DNA from: Diplonema japonicum
Taxonomy: Eukaryota > Protista > Euglenozoa: Diplonemea
Direction: 5' to 3'
Assembly (NCBI GenBank): GCA_964019335.1
Contig: OZ025674.1
Span: 248,001-312,000, forward strand
DNA: 64,000 nucleotides
Shown here: piece by piece, positions 32,331 through 44,913 of the stretch
How positions within the stretch are numbered: the stretch's first letter is position 1
Layout of the letters: every line of letters starts with the position of its first letter
Translations under genes and position numbers: made by a program
Notes under the pieces: generated by a model
Told to the model about the DNA's origin: nothing
Seen by the model: the letters and a program-made list of their open reading frames with translations, nothing else
Databases searched by the model: none

Positions 32331-33497
32331 ATGTATAAATCAATCCGTAACCAGCGCCGGCAAGTTCTGTCGTTTTACGACAAAACGGTAGAGGAGTGCG
32401 CTTCCAAGAAGCCGCTACATGTCACCACAGAGTACATCGTGGATTTCTCGAAAAAGGTGGACCAAAGAAAACTGATCACGCTCAGCAGGTATCTGTACCG
32501 GGAGCTCCCCATACGGCTAGCAAGGACGATCCGAGATATGCAAGGCTTGCCTTACATTGTTGGGGTGAACCCGCACATTGAAAACATTTATGAAGAATAC
32601 TACCAAAGCTTCGAGATCCTGCGGCAGCAACAGGAACCGATTGACTTTGAAAAACACCTCAAGTACTGCGAAGTGGTTACAAAGCGGCTCAATGTACACG
32701 CGAATGTAATTTCGAATCTTTCAAAGGGTATCAAAGAGGTACGGCTCCTACCCGACTCGTCTAGGGTAGACTACACACATTTGGATAAATTTTTGGACAA
32801 GGCTTTGGTGGAACGAGTATCGAGAAGGGTTCTGTCCGAACTGTTGCTGGTTTTAAACAAAAAGGTTACAACCGGTGAGGAAAACTCAAAGAGATTCGGT
32901 GTCTTCACTCTAGTTAAGCCATCAGACATTATAGTAAACTGTATGAATCAAGTCGGATACCTTGCAGAAGAAATGTACGGGGTGTGTCCTGATTTCAATG
33001 TTACCGGTGATGTCGACGCAGAACTGCTTTGTGTTGCATCGCACTTAGAATACATCCTCTTCGAGCTTTGCAAGAACGCAGTTCGAGCAGTCGTTGAACG
33101 GCATATTAAAAACCCACCTTCAATAAGTCTTAAAATCTGTAAAGGTGACAAGATCACAATAATCATTTCCGATCGGGGGGGCGGTATGCCCGAGGAAGCA
33201 AAGGCTTGTTCCTATGGGTATTCCACCTCCCCTCCAACAGCCTCCTCAGATGAGGAGTATTCGGTAAAGTACTCTGCTTCTGATGCAACGCCTCCTACCC
33301 TTAAGTTCGCTGGGTTTGGGTTCGGGCTCCCCCTCTCTCGGGTCTACAGCACTTATTCAGGTGGGTCCTTAGTCTTCAATAGCCTTCCCGGGTACGGGAC
33401 AGATGTGTACCTCTCCATCCCTACCGCCTCTGACGCGCTGCAACAATGGGAAGAAGGCTCCAGAATCGGGACCTTTTACGGTCCATCGTTTTCTTAG
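32331..33497 (+). CDS. Mitochondrial PDK/BCKDK-family kinase (GHKL fold)
   Basis: ELPIRLA, YILFELCKNAVRA, ISDRGGG, AGFGFGLPLSR and GYGTDVY motifs. Confidence 0.92.
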   Translation: MYKSIRNQRRQVLSFYDKTVEECASKKPLHVTTEYIVDFSKKVDQRKLITLSRYLYRELPIRLARTIRDMQGLPYIVGVNPHIENIYEEYYQSFEILRQQQEPIDFEKHLKYCEVVTKRLNVHANVISNLSKGIKEVRLLPDSSRVDYTHLDKFLDKALVERVSRRVLSELLLVLNKKVTTGEENSKRFGVFTLVKPSDIIVNCMNQVGYLAEEMYGVCPDFNVTGDVDAELLCVASHLEYILFELCKNAVRAVVERHIKNPPSISLKICKGDKITIIISDRGGGMPEEAKACSYGYSTSPPTASSDEEYSVKYSASDATPPTLKFAGFGFGLPLSRVYSTYSGGSLVFNSLPGYGTDVYLSIPTASDALQQWEEGSRIGTFYGPSFS

Positions 33498-33819
33498 TAT
33501 TTCTTTTTTTTTTTTTTTTTTTTTCCTGCGTGTGTTCCATTATATAATATTTTTTTGTTGTTTTTTACCCCCCTCCCCCCCCCCCCCCCCCTTATGTGAT
33601 ATTCTGCGTGGTGAACTACCTCCTTTTTCCCCCTTTTTTTTCTCCTTGCTGAATAGAAGCTTTGTATTTATCTTTCATGCACCGGGCGGGGAGGGAACAC
33701 CAGCTACAATATTTTTAAATAAAAGGAGAGAGGAAAGGGGGGGGGAAACGGAAGAACAACAAAAGAAAGAAGGGAAAAAAAAAAAGGAAAAAAAAGGTGC
33801 CCGCACACCCTCCTTAACA

Positions 33820-35201
33820 ATGAACATCGAGATGGAAGACGTGCAGTCGGACGAGACATACACGTGCCAGAATGCGGAAGACGGGGTGGAAGGCCCCGAG
33901 CCTCCGAGGGTGGGGGACAAGGTAATAAGCTGTGTGGACACCACAGTGCCAAAGGGCACGGTGGGGACATTTCAAGGAGTAACAAAGCTCGCTGGGCAGG
34001 TCCTGTGGGAGGTTAAATTCCCAGGCAGGTCCGCGTGGATGGGTGACCCAAAGGACGTGAAACGAGTCGCATCACTGGCGACCGCACCAGAAGCAAAAGA
34101 ACCGACCGATTTATACGGGAAATGCTGCTACTGGTTCAGCTTCCCAATGATCGGGAACTCATACCTAATCTTCAATCGGAGGTGCATGGCGGGGCCGGAC
34201 AGCAACACGTGCTCCGTCTCATATGTACTTTTAATTCTTTTTTCCGTGCTCTTCATCCTGCAAGCAACAGTGGCTGAAGCGGTATTGTGCATCATAGGAG
34301 CTTCAATAGCAGCGATTCTACTTACGATAACGGGAGCAACAGACCCTGGGGTTGTGGTAAGAGGGCAAGGGTCAGCGGAGGGGGTTTGGTGTTCTACATG
34401 TTGCCACCGCCGGCCGCCGAGAGCGTCGCACTGTTTGTACTGCAACAATTGTGTGATGAGGTTTGACCACCACTGCCCTTGGACAGGAACGTGTATCGGG
34501 CTTCGAAACTACAAATATTTTTTCATGTTCATCAGCTCGATATTCTTGCTCACTCTCTGCGGCATTGTGTCGTCTGTCATGAAGCTTGCTTCCTACACTC
34601 CTGACGAAGAGCCTTCTCAAGGCGATGACTCGTCGAACTCAACTTCTGGGATTACAACGTCCTTTTCATCTGCACTGTCGCATATGCCGCTGACGGCAGT
34701 GCTCGTGGCGGGGTTTGTGTTTATATTTCTCCCGGTCACTTTGTTGCTCTGCTTTCACATTTTTCTGATTTCTATAAACCAAACGACGGTGGAGTACCTG
34801 CGGAAAAAGCATCAGAACGGCAATCCGTTCGACACCGGATGCGGGGGGAACACTGCTAGTATTTTGTGCAGTGCACTGCCAAACAGTAAGGTAATAGAGA
34901 AGAGAAAAAAAAAAGGGGGAACCACAAACAAAAAAAAAAAAAAAACAAAACAAAAAAAATTAAAAGGTCACCACCTCCAGTTCTGTGTTCGGATTCCGGT
35001 ACAGCAGCTTCACGAAGGAAGGTACGTAGGGGAAGAAAGGGGAAAAAAAAAAAAAAAAAAAAATACCCGATAGATGATTTCGAAGGGAACAACGACCCTG
35101 TCCTTGCAGAGGACGAGATGGCGAACCACGTCAATTGTTACACTGAAGACGACGGGGAGGAAGATTTTATCGACTCTGACGAAGAGGACGGGCATGCGTA
35201 G
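33820..35201 (+). CDS. DHHC palmitoyltransferase; exons 33820-34890, 34967-35021, 35074-35201
   Basis: TDPG, CxxCxxxRPPRASHC, FDHHCPW, TTVE and NPFD motifs. Two introns give an acidic tail. Confidence 0.92.
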
Positions 35202-35463
35202 TGTTTTCCCTCGAGGATCTCGAGTTAAAGCCTATCCCCTTTTCTTGGTGGACAATGTAAGAACGACTGGTATTAGAAACTGCTGAAAAGCGAGATTTTC
35301 TTGTATTTTTTTTTTCTTGTTTTTGTTTTTGTTTCCAAGAATTTTAGCTTAAAAATGGTAAGGAATGAAGTGTGTAGTAGAAAAGGGATGAACGGCTCGC
35401 ACTTATCCGGTTTTTTGCTTACTTGTTTTGTTTTGTTTTCTTTCTTTTATTTTATTTTATTTA

Positions 35464-35507
<44 letters not shown>

Positions 35508-35824
35508 CTTGTTGGTGGGTCGCGGCCCCCCATCATAAAAAAAAAATGAATTTTCTTTTATCAGATAATAATAATACGGCCTATGTCACTGACGTGATGG
35601 AAAAAAAAAAAAAATCCCAAAATTCAGCCAATTCCCTTCCCAAAAAAAAAAAAAAAACCCCACCATCAGATCCTTTCAGCATTATCGTTGAGAAATTGCA
35701 TTTTCTTTTTCTCCGTGAAATTTTATCTGGTGGGGAAACATGGCCACACCCGAACCCCAGAAGAAGAAGAATAAAAGAAAAAAAAAACACCTGCCGCTTT
35801 TTTTTTTTTTTTTTCCTTTTTTAA

Positions 35825-36121
35825 GGTGGTGGGGATAACATGAAAATATAAGAAAAACATCAGATGTGTTGTTCGCTGTTGACCTACTCGTCGGTCATCA
35901 CCGGTAGCACCCGAGTGGAAGAACGTAACGCAGATGCTCAGGGTGACGAACAGGCAGCAAACTGCACGAGCGCAGAATCTTGAACCCCCGGGACGCCCCG
36001 GCTGGGGTTGAGCTGTACACCGCACGCATTAAGGACACGACGCGGAACGCAGAAGAAGCTACAACTCGGCCGCGGTGCGCCCCCTGTAATCAAGTAGACA
36101 GTTCTTGTGCAGGGCGCCGCC
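35825..36121 (-). mobile_element. SINE-like short interspersed element, longer copy (family S), with poly(A) tail on the minus strand and a possible 12-bp TSD
   Basis: Homologous to 5395-5585. The T-run 35798-35822 is the minus-strand poly(A). Flanks AACACCTGCCGC (35786-35797) and AACACCGGCCTC (36122-36133) match at 10/12. Confidence 0.72.
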
Positions 36122-36302
36122 AACACCGGCCTCCTTTAACTCATATTTTTTTTTCTTTTGGCATCCACCAACATTGGTGACATCCGTCGTAAAATAAAAA
36201 TAAAAAAGGGCTTAGAACCTGCTTTGCGTTTTTCTCTCCCCCACCCCCATTCTTTTTTTTTTTTTTCCCCCTGCCCCCCTTTCCCATTCCCGTATGGTTT
36301 TC

Positions 36303-36333
<31 letters not shown>

Positions 36334-36393
36334 TCATTTTTGTTCTTCCTTCTACAAACGCAATACAGGAGGGAGGGGGGAGGGACGAGAGAG

Positions 36394-38070
36394 ATGCTTA
36401 CCGGAGACTTAGAAGCGATTTCGAAGGAGCTCGGGGAAGATTCCAGAACGGTAACAGACCTTGGAATACTCCTACGCAAACTGGGGATATACTTGAAGGA
36501 GGACCTGCTCCGCCACGTCTTCGGGGTTTTCGGTGGAAATGGAAACGGGAACGTAACTCGAGGAGCCCTACGGGACATGGGCGAGAAGTACCCAACACTA
36601 GTCACAGCAATGGGGTCACGATGCCGCAGCCTCGAGGAGGACCGCAGGCAAACCAACGACATCGAGGACATCAAACAGCAAATTGCAGCGATAGAAAATG
36701 AAATACAAGATATCACAAAAGCAACAGACCGACTGGGCCACCTGAAGCTTACCGCAGAATCCAGCGTCCTGGACTGTGAAATGGATATCGATAGCTACAA
36801 AGTGGAAACCAACGATCTTCAAAAAAACATAGAGGAAGCCCTCCAGGAAAGCGACAACGCTCGACAAGCAGCACAGTCAACAAGACAGAAAATAGACACA
36901 TTGTGGAGTCGAGAGGCGTCATACCGACATGCGCTTGACTGTTGCAGTCGAAAGCTTGAGAAGATGAAGCTTGTCGGAGTAAGAAAAGCACAGAACATGA
37001 GGGAGACCGATTCGCATATCGATGCGTTGGAGCAACAGCTGGACGAGGCGCGTGTTCGACGGGATAGGCAGGACAATGAACTGTTTGAGGTTCGAAGCAA
37101 AATCGAGGAGCTATCTGTCGAAAACGAGCAAAAGACAGCAGATCTCGAAGAGACCCTACGGGAGATAGAAGAACAAGCCACCATGCTCGGCGAGGCAGAG
37201 AAACTTGTTGAGAAAACAGCAAACAAATACAAAGACACCACCAAACTTGTTCCTAAAAACACCGCGAAAACCGAGCGTCAAGTACAAACCCGCGACGCCA
37301 GCAAGGAAATGCTCCGGTCGACGGAGGAGAAGCTTCGGAAACACGCGGACGACATTAAAGCTCTTGAAGCGAACGTTCGTGAGAAGAATCGTTTGGTTGT
37401 GACATTAGAGGGGAAAAACAGTGAATGGAGGTTGCTCCAGAAGCACGAGGCGGACGAGGAGCTGGTCCATCTGGAAACAGAACTCCACCTCAGAATAGAA
37501 AGGGAGAAAATGGAGTCTGAGGAACGTCAGCTCCGCACCGCGGCAGACAGCTTGGCGTCGAAAACACGGCCGAGTTTGCAAATTGCGTCTCCAACTTGCT
37601 CGCCGGCGCCATCGCCGTTGCGAAGCACGCCGCCTACTGCCCATCCCAGCCTTTCGAAATGTTACTCTCCACCCCGTCCTTTGGAATCTGAAAGACTTAC
37701 TTTTGCGGATTGCAATTACGATATAACCAGTTTAGCACGGCCCATCTCCTTGCCAGTGTTTGACAATAAGCCGCATTCCCCGCGGAAGCCGAGCCTCAGC
37801 CCACCCAGAACCTCCCCTTCGAAGCCCCGTAAACGGCGAGCACCCGCGCCTGTCATCCCGCCTGTGGTGTACGGGCGGTCGAAGTACTCCATCGCCATGC
37901 AGGAGAGAAAAGACCACCGCGAGGCCCAACGACAGATACAAGAAGAAGCGGCTAAACAAGAGAAAGCACTTACGCGGAAAAAACGCGGATCGTCAAGACC
38001 GAAACTGATAGACCCGCCTTGCTACCTTGACAAGGCACAGGGCCCGAAGGTCATTCCTATTACGTTATGA
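36394..38070 (+). CDS. Long coiled-coil protein with degenerate N-terminal EF-hand
   Basis: VFGVFGGNGNGNVTRGAL EF-hand-like loop, about 300 aa of heptads and an S/P-rich tail. Confidence 0.8.
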   Translation: MLTGDLEAISKELGEDSRTVTDLGILLRKLGIYLKEDLLRHVFGVFGGNGNGNVTRGALRDMGEKYPTLVTAMGSRCRSLEEDRRQTNDIEDIKQQIAAIENEIQDITKATDRLGHLKLTAESSVLDCEMDIDSYKVETNDLQKNIEEALQESDNARQAAQSTRQKIDTLWSREASYRHALDCCSRKLEKMKLVGVRKAQNMRETDSHIDALEQQLDEARVRRDRQDNELFEVRSKIEELSVENEQKTADLEETLREIEEQATMLGEAEKLVEKTANKYKDTTKLVPKNTAKTERQVQTRDASKEMLRSTEEKLRKHADDIKALEANVREKNRLVVTLEGKNSEWRLLQKHEADEELVHLETELHLRIEREKMESEERQLRTAADSLASKTRPSLQIASPTCSPAPSPLRSTPPTAHPSLSKCYSPPRPLESERLTFADCNYDITSLARPISLPVFDNKPHSPRKPSLSPPRTSPSKPRKRRAPAPVIPPVVYGRSKYSIAMQERKDHREAQRQIQEEAAKQEKALTRKKRGSSRPKLIDPPCYLDKAQGPKVIPITL

Positions 38071-38232
38071 TTTTATTTTATTTTTCCATGTATAGTTTCG
38101 TTTCTGTTTTGCACTTTTTTTTTTTTTTTTTTTTTTTGTACAGCTCTTGTTGTAACATTAGACCTTGTCATTATTATTAGTTTCCCTGTTCTGATATAAC
38201 AACGGCCAAGCAGGAGGGAGGGGAGGGGGGAA

Positions 38233-41200
38233 ATGAACGAATGGGAAATCGATGACCGAACGGGGCTCTGTGTGTACAAAGGTGATGGGAGCGTGATCAA
38301 GGACGTTGGGGATAAAATGAGCGGACTGGGGAAGATACTGCGGCAGCTCGGGCTGCTAATACCCGGTTTGGAAACCGAGAGCAGGGTAAAACATTTACTC
38401 CACAAAATGAGGGTCCTCGGCAGCAGCGAGAGCCTTTACGAAGAGCAGGAACGACCGAAAGAAACTCTACCAGATCTGAAAGCCTGCCTGTATATGTGGG
38501 AGGACTTTTACTCAGACCTCCGCTATGTCACGTCGGAGCAGATTAACATAGCGACAACCGACTGCATGATATTCCTGAAGGAAAACAAAGATGCCATCCT
38601 GGAGCAGTTAAACATCCCTTCTACGGTTCAGAACGTAGAAGCAGGGATAGCGTCTATATTTCTCTTCACGTACCAGCTGCTCGAACCGGTGATCTGGTGC
38701 ATCCTCGACCACGGGACGTGGTCCGTCATGCCGGAGATGCACTTCATCGAAAAGCACTACGACATCTGGATGACCCGCAACGGGAGCAGCATCATTTCTC
38801 TAACCAACGCCACCATCGATTTCGAGACCGAAACATGGAAAGGGAAAGCCGGTGTCATGAAGCCCGTGAAGCGAGTTACAACACAAGACACCGGGATGAA
38901 GTACAAGCAATGTGTATGGTGGGCTGCCGGGTCCATCCGACGGACTACATCTGCAGCGCTAGTACAGGGTGTTTGGAAGGCAAATGTGACATCTATGACC
39001 GAAGCCTGGCTCCAAGCCCCCGATCCCATTAACAACATCCTCGAAGGGCTCTGGACGAGCCAGAGCACACCTTGGGAAATCACCAGCGAAATCCAAGAAT
39101 GGCTGATAAACCCGTTCGAGGGCGGCGGTGATGATGAACAAGGACGCGAACCGGAGCTGACCCCTCTCTCTTCCCCGCGGTTCGCAAGGCGGTCGTCCTC
39201 CCGACACGAAGGCAGCATTTTATGGAACATGCGTTCCGATCTCCCTCCTGAACCGAACCTCAGCTTCCGTAAGGGCAGCCCAACTGCGGCCCACGAACTG
39301 TCATACCTCCAGACCTCGTACGCAAAGAATAAACACAAGAATCGGTTCCCGCCTTTGGTGGTGGTTTTAAAGGCGTTTTACGAGGACGATTTCCCGCTCA
39401 TACGCTCCGCGATACAAGGCTTCGAAGTGGTTCGCACCCACAACGTAACATACTACGTTAACTTCGAAAAGAAGATCATGGTGCAGGAGAGCGCCAGCGA
39501 AGCGATCGTATACGTCTTGGCAGGGAGGCTGTGCTGCCCGCTGAAGGTAGACGTGCCGTTAGAGGCGTCGCAAACGAAAACTGGCAGACAGTGCTTGGAA
39601 GTGGTCCGCACAATGCTGCAATGGGTACCACGAGAAGAGGCATCTGGAATGTGCACGATACCCTCCGGATGGGTAGACAGACCGCTCATGTCGATCATGA
39701 GAAAGGGGAACATTGCGGTGTCATCGGAACTGCTTTTGATGAGGAAGAGTGAGGTGGGCAACATCTCAACAGACATGACGAACATCGAGATCTTGGGGAA
39801 CATGCACAACGTGGCGCAGCTGACGCGCAACGTTCGGGAAGGCAAGATGATTGTTGGGAACATGATTCTGGAGATCGCCGTAGACTTCTCAGAAGCCCTC
39901 GAAAGCCAGGATGTGATCGGCAGTGTGCTGAAAGAGATCTGTGAAGCTGACATCGCGTCAGCACGCTTGCGCCAGCTCCTCGGCGACTGCCTCGACACTC
40001 GTATCATAACCGCGTTGACGTCCGCCATCAACGGCGAGCAGCACATCGCACTTAACTACTCCGACCCCAAGAGCTCCTCACGGAAGTTTCGTATCGATAA
40101 GCAAAAAAACGAAAAGTCCGGTATTTCGGAGCTCATCCCCATCATCGCCTCCTACACACCCCCAGAGGAATGCTCGCAGCCGTCACTCTTCGGCGTTTCT
40201 GTAGAGGATCTGCAAACACCCCACCTGTCAAACGTTCTCATCACAAAGGTCGACCACGATTCTAGCAGCGAACGTGTTGGCATCCGACGCGGCACAATTC
40301 TATCAAAGGTCAACACCATCGCCACAACTAGTGTCGCCCACGCTTCTCGGTGCCTTCGCGAGACTGAGGATATGGTCTTCCTCTCCGTCACCATTATGAA
40401 CCCGGGCAGTGACTATGTGATTTGGGAAATCCGCTCCTCACGCGGGGTATCAAAAGTTGTTTATGAGTCGGCAATCATCGAAAGGGCGTACCAAGTAGCG
40501 CCAACGAAGCCCTTCCGTGTAGACGCTGCACTGAAAAGCGTCTGCGTGGTTCTGAACCCACAGCAAGACGAGTACTACAGCAAGGAACATGTTCCGAAGG
40601 ATCTGTTGGAGACGCTCTCGCTTGAATTTTCGTCGGACGATCAAGTCAAATGGCTTCAAGGGGGACTCCCATCCAAACCCGTGGGGACCATTGTGGGTTG
40701 CTTCAAAAGCTGTATTCAGCTGCAAAGAAAGCCTGCAATGAGGGACGGGAACTCGCACCTCAATCGACTGGGACCTGCCGATGCCACTGGACAGGCAGAG
40801 TTGGGAAAGCTTGCAGAACTCGACCTCACGCACCAAGAATGCCTGGCCAACTTTGAAAAGATCATGCAATACCCTCCTGAAGACCTCGTGGAGGCACGAC
40901 GCGAATTCACAAAAATGCAAAAGCAAGACGATCGCCAACGGTCGGCTGTACTGTTATTAGAAGCGTTCTTCCGATGCACAAAAGCAAAACAGATCGGCAA
41001 AAGCGCGCGACTGAGGGCGTTGTACAACTTTGAACGGTGGTACAAACTGTCGGGCTTAAAGGTGGATCACGGGGTGCTGTACTACTGTGTGTCGCTGGAT
41101 ATCAACAACAGGCTTGTGGTGGTGCACCACTCAGCCGTGCATGTCAAGGACCTCATTGAATACGACTTTATTAAAGGCACGAGGAGGCGGTTTGTGAACA

Positions 41201-44200
41201 GGAACCCGTCGACATGGATGGTGGACGAAATACAAAGGACAGAGATATCAGCATCGAGCGCAGTGGGAGACGCTGGAGTTGAGATCATGGCACGTGCAAT
41301 GACGTACAGCCCCAAAGGAGTGCAGCATCTGTCGTTGGACGGGAACGACTTGTCCAACGACTGTGTCCCACACCTCGTGCGAGCTCTCACCCACAACACG
41401 ATGATACGATCCGTGAAAATAGAAGAGAACCCACGTGTCAAGCACATCCACAAACGATCGTTGAACTGCCTTATAAAATGCAACACCTTCGATTGTGCCA
41501 TCGACCACGAGGACCTCGACTTCCTCGACCTGATTAAGTACGTTCTGCAGAAGCGGCAGGAAGTGCTCCCTGCAAACGACCTACGCACTGTACTTGCCCA
41601 CAATGCTCTGGGGGCCATGTATCAAAAGGGTGCGAAGATGGCGGAAGCAGAAGAACACTTCAAAGAAGCCTGGCGGCAGGCTGAACTGAACTGCAAAGCG
41701 AAGCCGTCCATCGAGGCGACACATGCAATTACAACCATTGTGTACAACCTCGGGACGCTCTACCTTGTGAACGGCGACGTGGACAACGGGAAGGAGGCGA
41801 TGATCAAGTCCTTTGAGTCGATCATTAGTGTCGCGGGACCAAAACACATCAGCGTGTGGCATTCGCTCATCAAAGTGGCGGACTTTTACTGCGAGCAGAG
41901 AGAATTTGAAAGGGCGCTGTTCTGGTACGAGTTCACGACCTCTGAGCTTTGCGCTTCAGAAGGGTTCCGTTGCCCTCTCATCGCACTTGCCAAACAGCAC
42001 GCTGCTTGTGTGCACATCCGCAACGGTGAGATACGCTATGCTCTGTACGACCTGCTGCGTGCCATGAACATGCTCAACTGCCAGCTCAACCTCGATGAGT
42101 ACGAGCTCTTCAACTGCACTCACAAGATCGCGATTACCGCATCCTGCTTAGGCCACCCCCTCAAGGCCTGGGCTCTCAACGATCAAGCCCTCATACGCAT
42201 CGAGTCCAGGTTCCACGAGCGTAAAGTCAGCCTTTCCGTGGTGGCAGAGTGCACCCGGACCCTAGCCGACTACTACAAAGCCACAGGCGAGTGGTACCCC
42301 CCCGGAGTGGATCGAAGCACCGACTTTGACAAGGCAGCTATGCTGTACGAGAAGGCATGGGAGTATTACACACACCTCATCCCTATGCGGCATCCCGAGT
42401 TCCTCGCCGTCATGTTGAACAAAGGGGCTGCCTACCTGCATCTAGGGAAATTTGACGTGGCCCTGCCTCTTTTGGACAAAGCTGCAAAACTGACTGAAGA
42501 AACGCTGAGCTGCAATCACCCAATGTCAGCCATGGCTTTAAAATGGCTCGGGCGTCATTACTGGCTGCTGCATGATTATAAGGAGGCGTGGATTTTGCAA
42601 AAACGGGCTGTTTCATACTTGGACACTGGCGAGGACAAGCCGTGCAAGGTGTTCGGCGACATCCTGTGCGACTTTGGGAGGACATGTGTCATGCGGAACA
42701 TGATGGAGGAAGCAGAGACGGTGCTGCTGCGGTCGTTGAAGATAAGGCAGATCCTGTACGGCATTGACCACGACGATATTGCGACGTCCATGTCAGCCCT
42801 GTCGGACCTGTACTCAAAGATGGGAATGTATGAAGAGGCAGAAGACTTTGCCAAGAGATACGTAACATTAAGGTTCCACAGATACCCTCAGACATCCCTG
42901 CACTTGGTGCACGCTGTGGAGAAACTGGCGCAAATCCGGAAAATACAAGGGAAGCACTTCGAGGCAGCAGAGTTGCAGAAGGTGAAGTCGGTGATCACGA
43001 AAGATGGCATCTTGTTCATGCACCGCCCGCAGTTACAAGCCCAGATAGCGCGGCTGCGAGGACAGCTTAAGGCAGTGGGTGCTCTGTATTTGATGAAGGA
43101 CATCTCGTGGGATGCAAGAATGCAGTACATCAAGACGAAGGCCATACGGTCATACCCCTTAGACTTGATACGGGCTCTGCCTCCCTTTGACCCGTTCAAA
43201 AGGGAACCAGGCGTGCCCATATCAAGCATCGACCAGGCTCTAAAACTGGAGACCATGAAGGGACTTAACAGGTTGGTGAGACACGCCAGAGTCACAGACC
43301 CTTCTAGCAGAGTGTGGGTTGGGGTCAAAGCACTGGAACGAGCCGTCATCACCGCTTCGGAGGTGAAACAACGAAGCACGTTAGAAACCCCAGAGGACGA
43401 GATCCGCCCTGGCATGTTCGGCGCCGACGACGTGCACCCCGTGTGGACCCCACCAGTGGATGAGGACAGCCATGCTTCCAGCAACGTGGATATATTTTTC
43501 TTGAACGAGTTCAGGGAAACGGACATGGAGGACCCCGTAACAGCGGGGTTGGGCTACCTCACAGAGCAGCTTAAAATCAGGACAGCGAGGATGCAGCGTG
43601 AGCTCGCTGAACAGCTGTCCCTCTCAACGATGAAAGGCATCCTCGCTAAGTACTACAGACTCCTCGGTCTCTGGATGCCCATCGCACAGGGGATGTATGT
43701 CTACTTTTTCAAAAAAGAAAAAAAGAGAAAACTGCCAACTAGACACCTAAATTTGGGAAAATGCTCAAAATCAACCCAATGCTCTTTTAGGAGGAAAAAG
43801 TTTCTGACCCGGACCCCAAGGTTTCATAAATGCTTCGAGGTGCTACCCCCCAGGTTTTCAGAAATTCAAACTAAACCCCTGCGTTTTTAAAATGCTTAAA
43901 TTCGGTCCAATCGGGTTCGGGGCGGTAATTGGGCATTCCAGCCAGGAGGGCCCTGGGGCTTGCTAGGAGATCTTTTGGTCAGCTAGGCGATCTCTCTTCT
44001 TATTTCGATTATCTGAAGGCAGCTAAACCAGGCAGGTGGTGACTTCGGGGGGTTCTGCTAACTGCTGTTGGGCATGAACAGCAGCAGATTATTACAGCAT
44101 CAGCAAGCTGCAGTGCATCACCAAAGGCACGCCCAGCACGGAGCAGGTGGCGATCCCTTTAGGTGGGCCTGCACGTAGTCGTGCAATCTGGACATCAGTG

Positions 44201-44567
44201 CACCTTCGATCAAGCTCACGCTACATAGGTGTTCGTAAAGAAGATCGTCGACTGGAACCGAACTGCCACCATATGTAGTTGTTGGGGCATTCTTGGTCAC
44301 AAAAGCACGACTTGCACCAATGGGTTTTTTCTCTCCCTTTTGCATACCCGCAACTTTGTTACCATTGGGCCTGCTCTTTTGAAAACTAAGGGGGCGGGTG
44401 TTTGAGCACTTTGAAAACCAGGGGGCTGACTTGAGCATTATTAAGAACTCTAGGGGTCTAATTTGGGCATTTAGAAACTTGGGGGGTTGGCTTAGAGCAC
44501 TTTGAAAACCGAGGGGGCGGACTTTGAGCATTTCTGAAACTCAGGGGTCTAGTTAGCACTCCACCCA

Positions 44568-44607
<40 letters not shown>

Positions 44608-44832
44608 AGCCGTGAAGCAGAATCCAACCGTGGCATCGACGTTTCCCTTGTCGAGGCCACCCCGAACCTAGCGCTCAACCTCCTCGCACCTAATTTGGCC
44701 AAAGCGCAACAGCAACAGTACGCGAGTCCCGTGGACAAAACCGAGCTGAGCTTAAAAGTCCGACACAAAAAGGAAAGGGCTCTTACGACCCTGAAGAATT
44801 GGAAGGCCGGGTCTGTGAAACCCGCAAAGTAA
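38233..44832 (+). CDS. Large multidomain TPR protein (PDZ-like, LRR, kinesin-light-chain-type TPRs); exons 38233-43694 and 44610-44832
   Basis: PDZ-like VLITKVDHDSSSERVGIRRG, LRR LSLDGNDLS and TPRs (e.g. RSLKIRQILYGIDHDDIATSMSAL). Phase-2 intron 43695-44609 gives an open terminal exon. Confidence 0.85.
43731..44560. mobile_element. Foldback-like TIR element with tandem ~31-bp subrepeats, inside the TPR-gene intron
   Basis: Left ACTGCCAACTAGACACCT...AAATGCTCAAA versus reverse complement of right AGTGCTAACTAGACCCCT...AAATGCTCAAA. About six units of TTTGAAAAC..GGGGG..TTGAGCA lie at 44378-44560, with inverted units at 43740-43905. Confidence 0.75.
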
Positions 44833-44913
44833 AGCGAAAATGTGAATAATTTAACCCCTCCCCCCTTTTTTTTAAACTGATAACAAATACGACATTTCAC
44901 GCAAAGGGACAAG

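Noticed and set aside
35853-35900. C/D-box snoRNA-like TGATGA...CTGA on the minus strand
   Set aside because: Spacing is too short, there is no terminal stem, and the D-box segment is missing in the second copy.
36000-36121. HDV-like ribozyme / ingi 77-79-bp signature at the 5' end of family S (CCCTG...CAGGG)
   Set aside because: Could not build the nested double pseudoknot by eye; only simple hairpins. An RNArobo/Infernal search would settle it.
43695-43890. C-terminal 65 aa of the 1885-aa ORF
   Set aside because: Read-through into an intron and a TIR element; the spliced exon 44610-44832 is the more plausible end.
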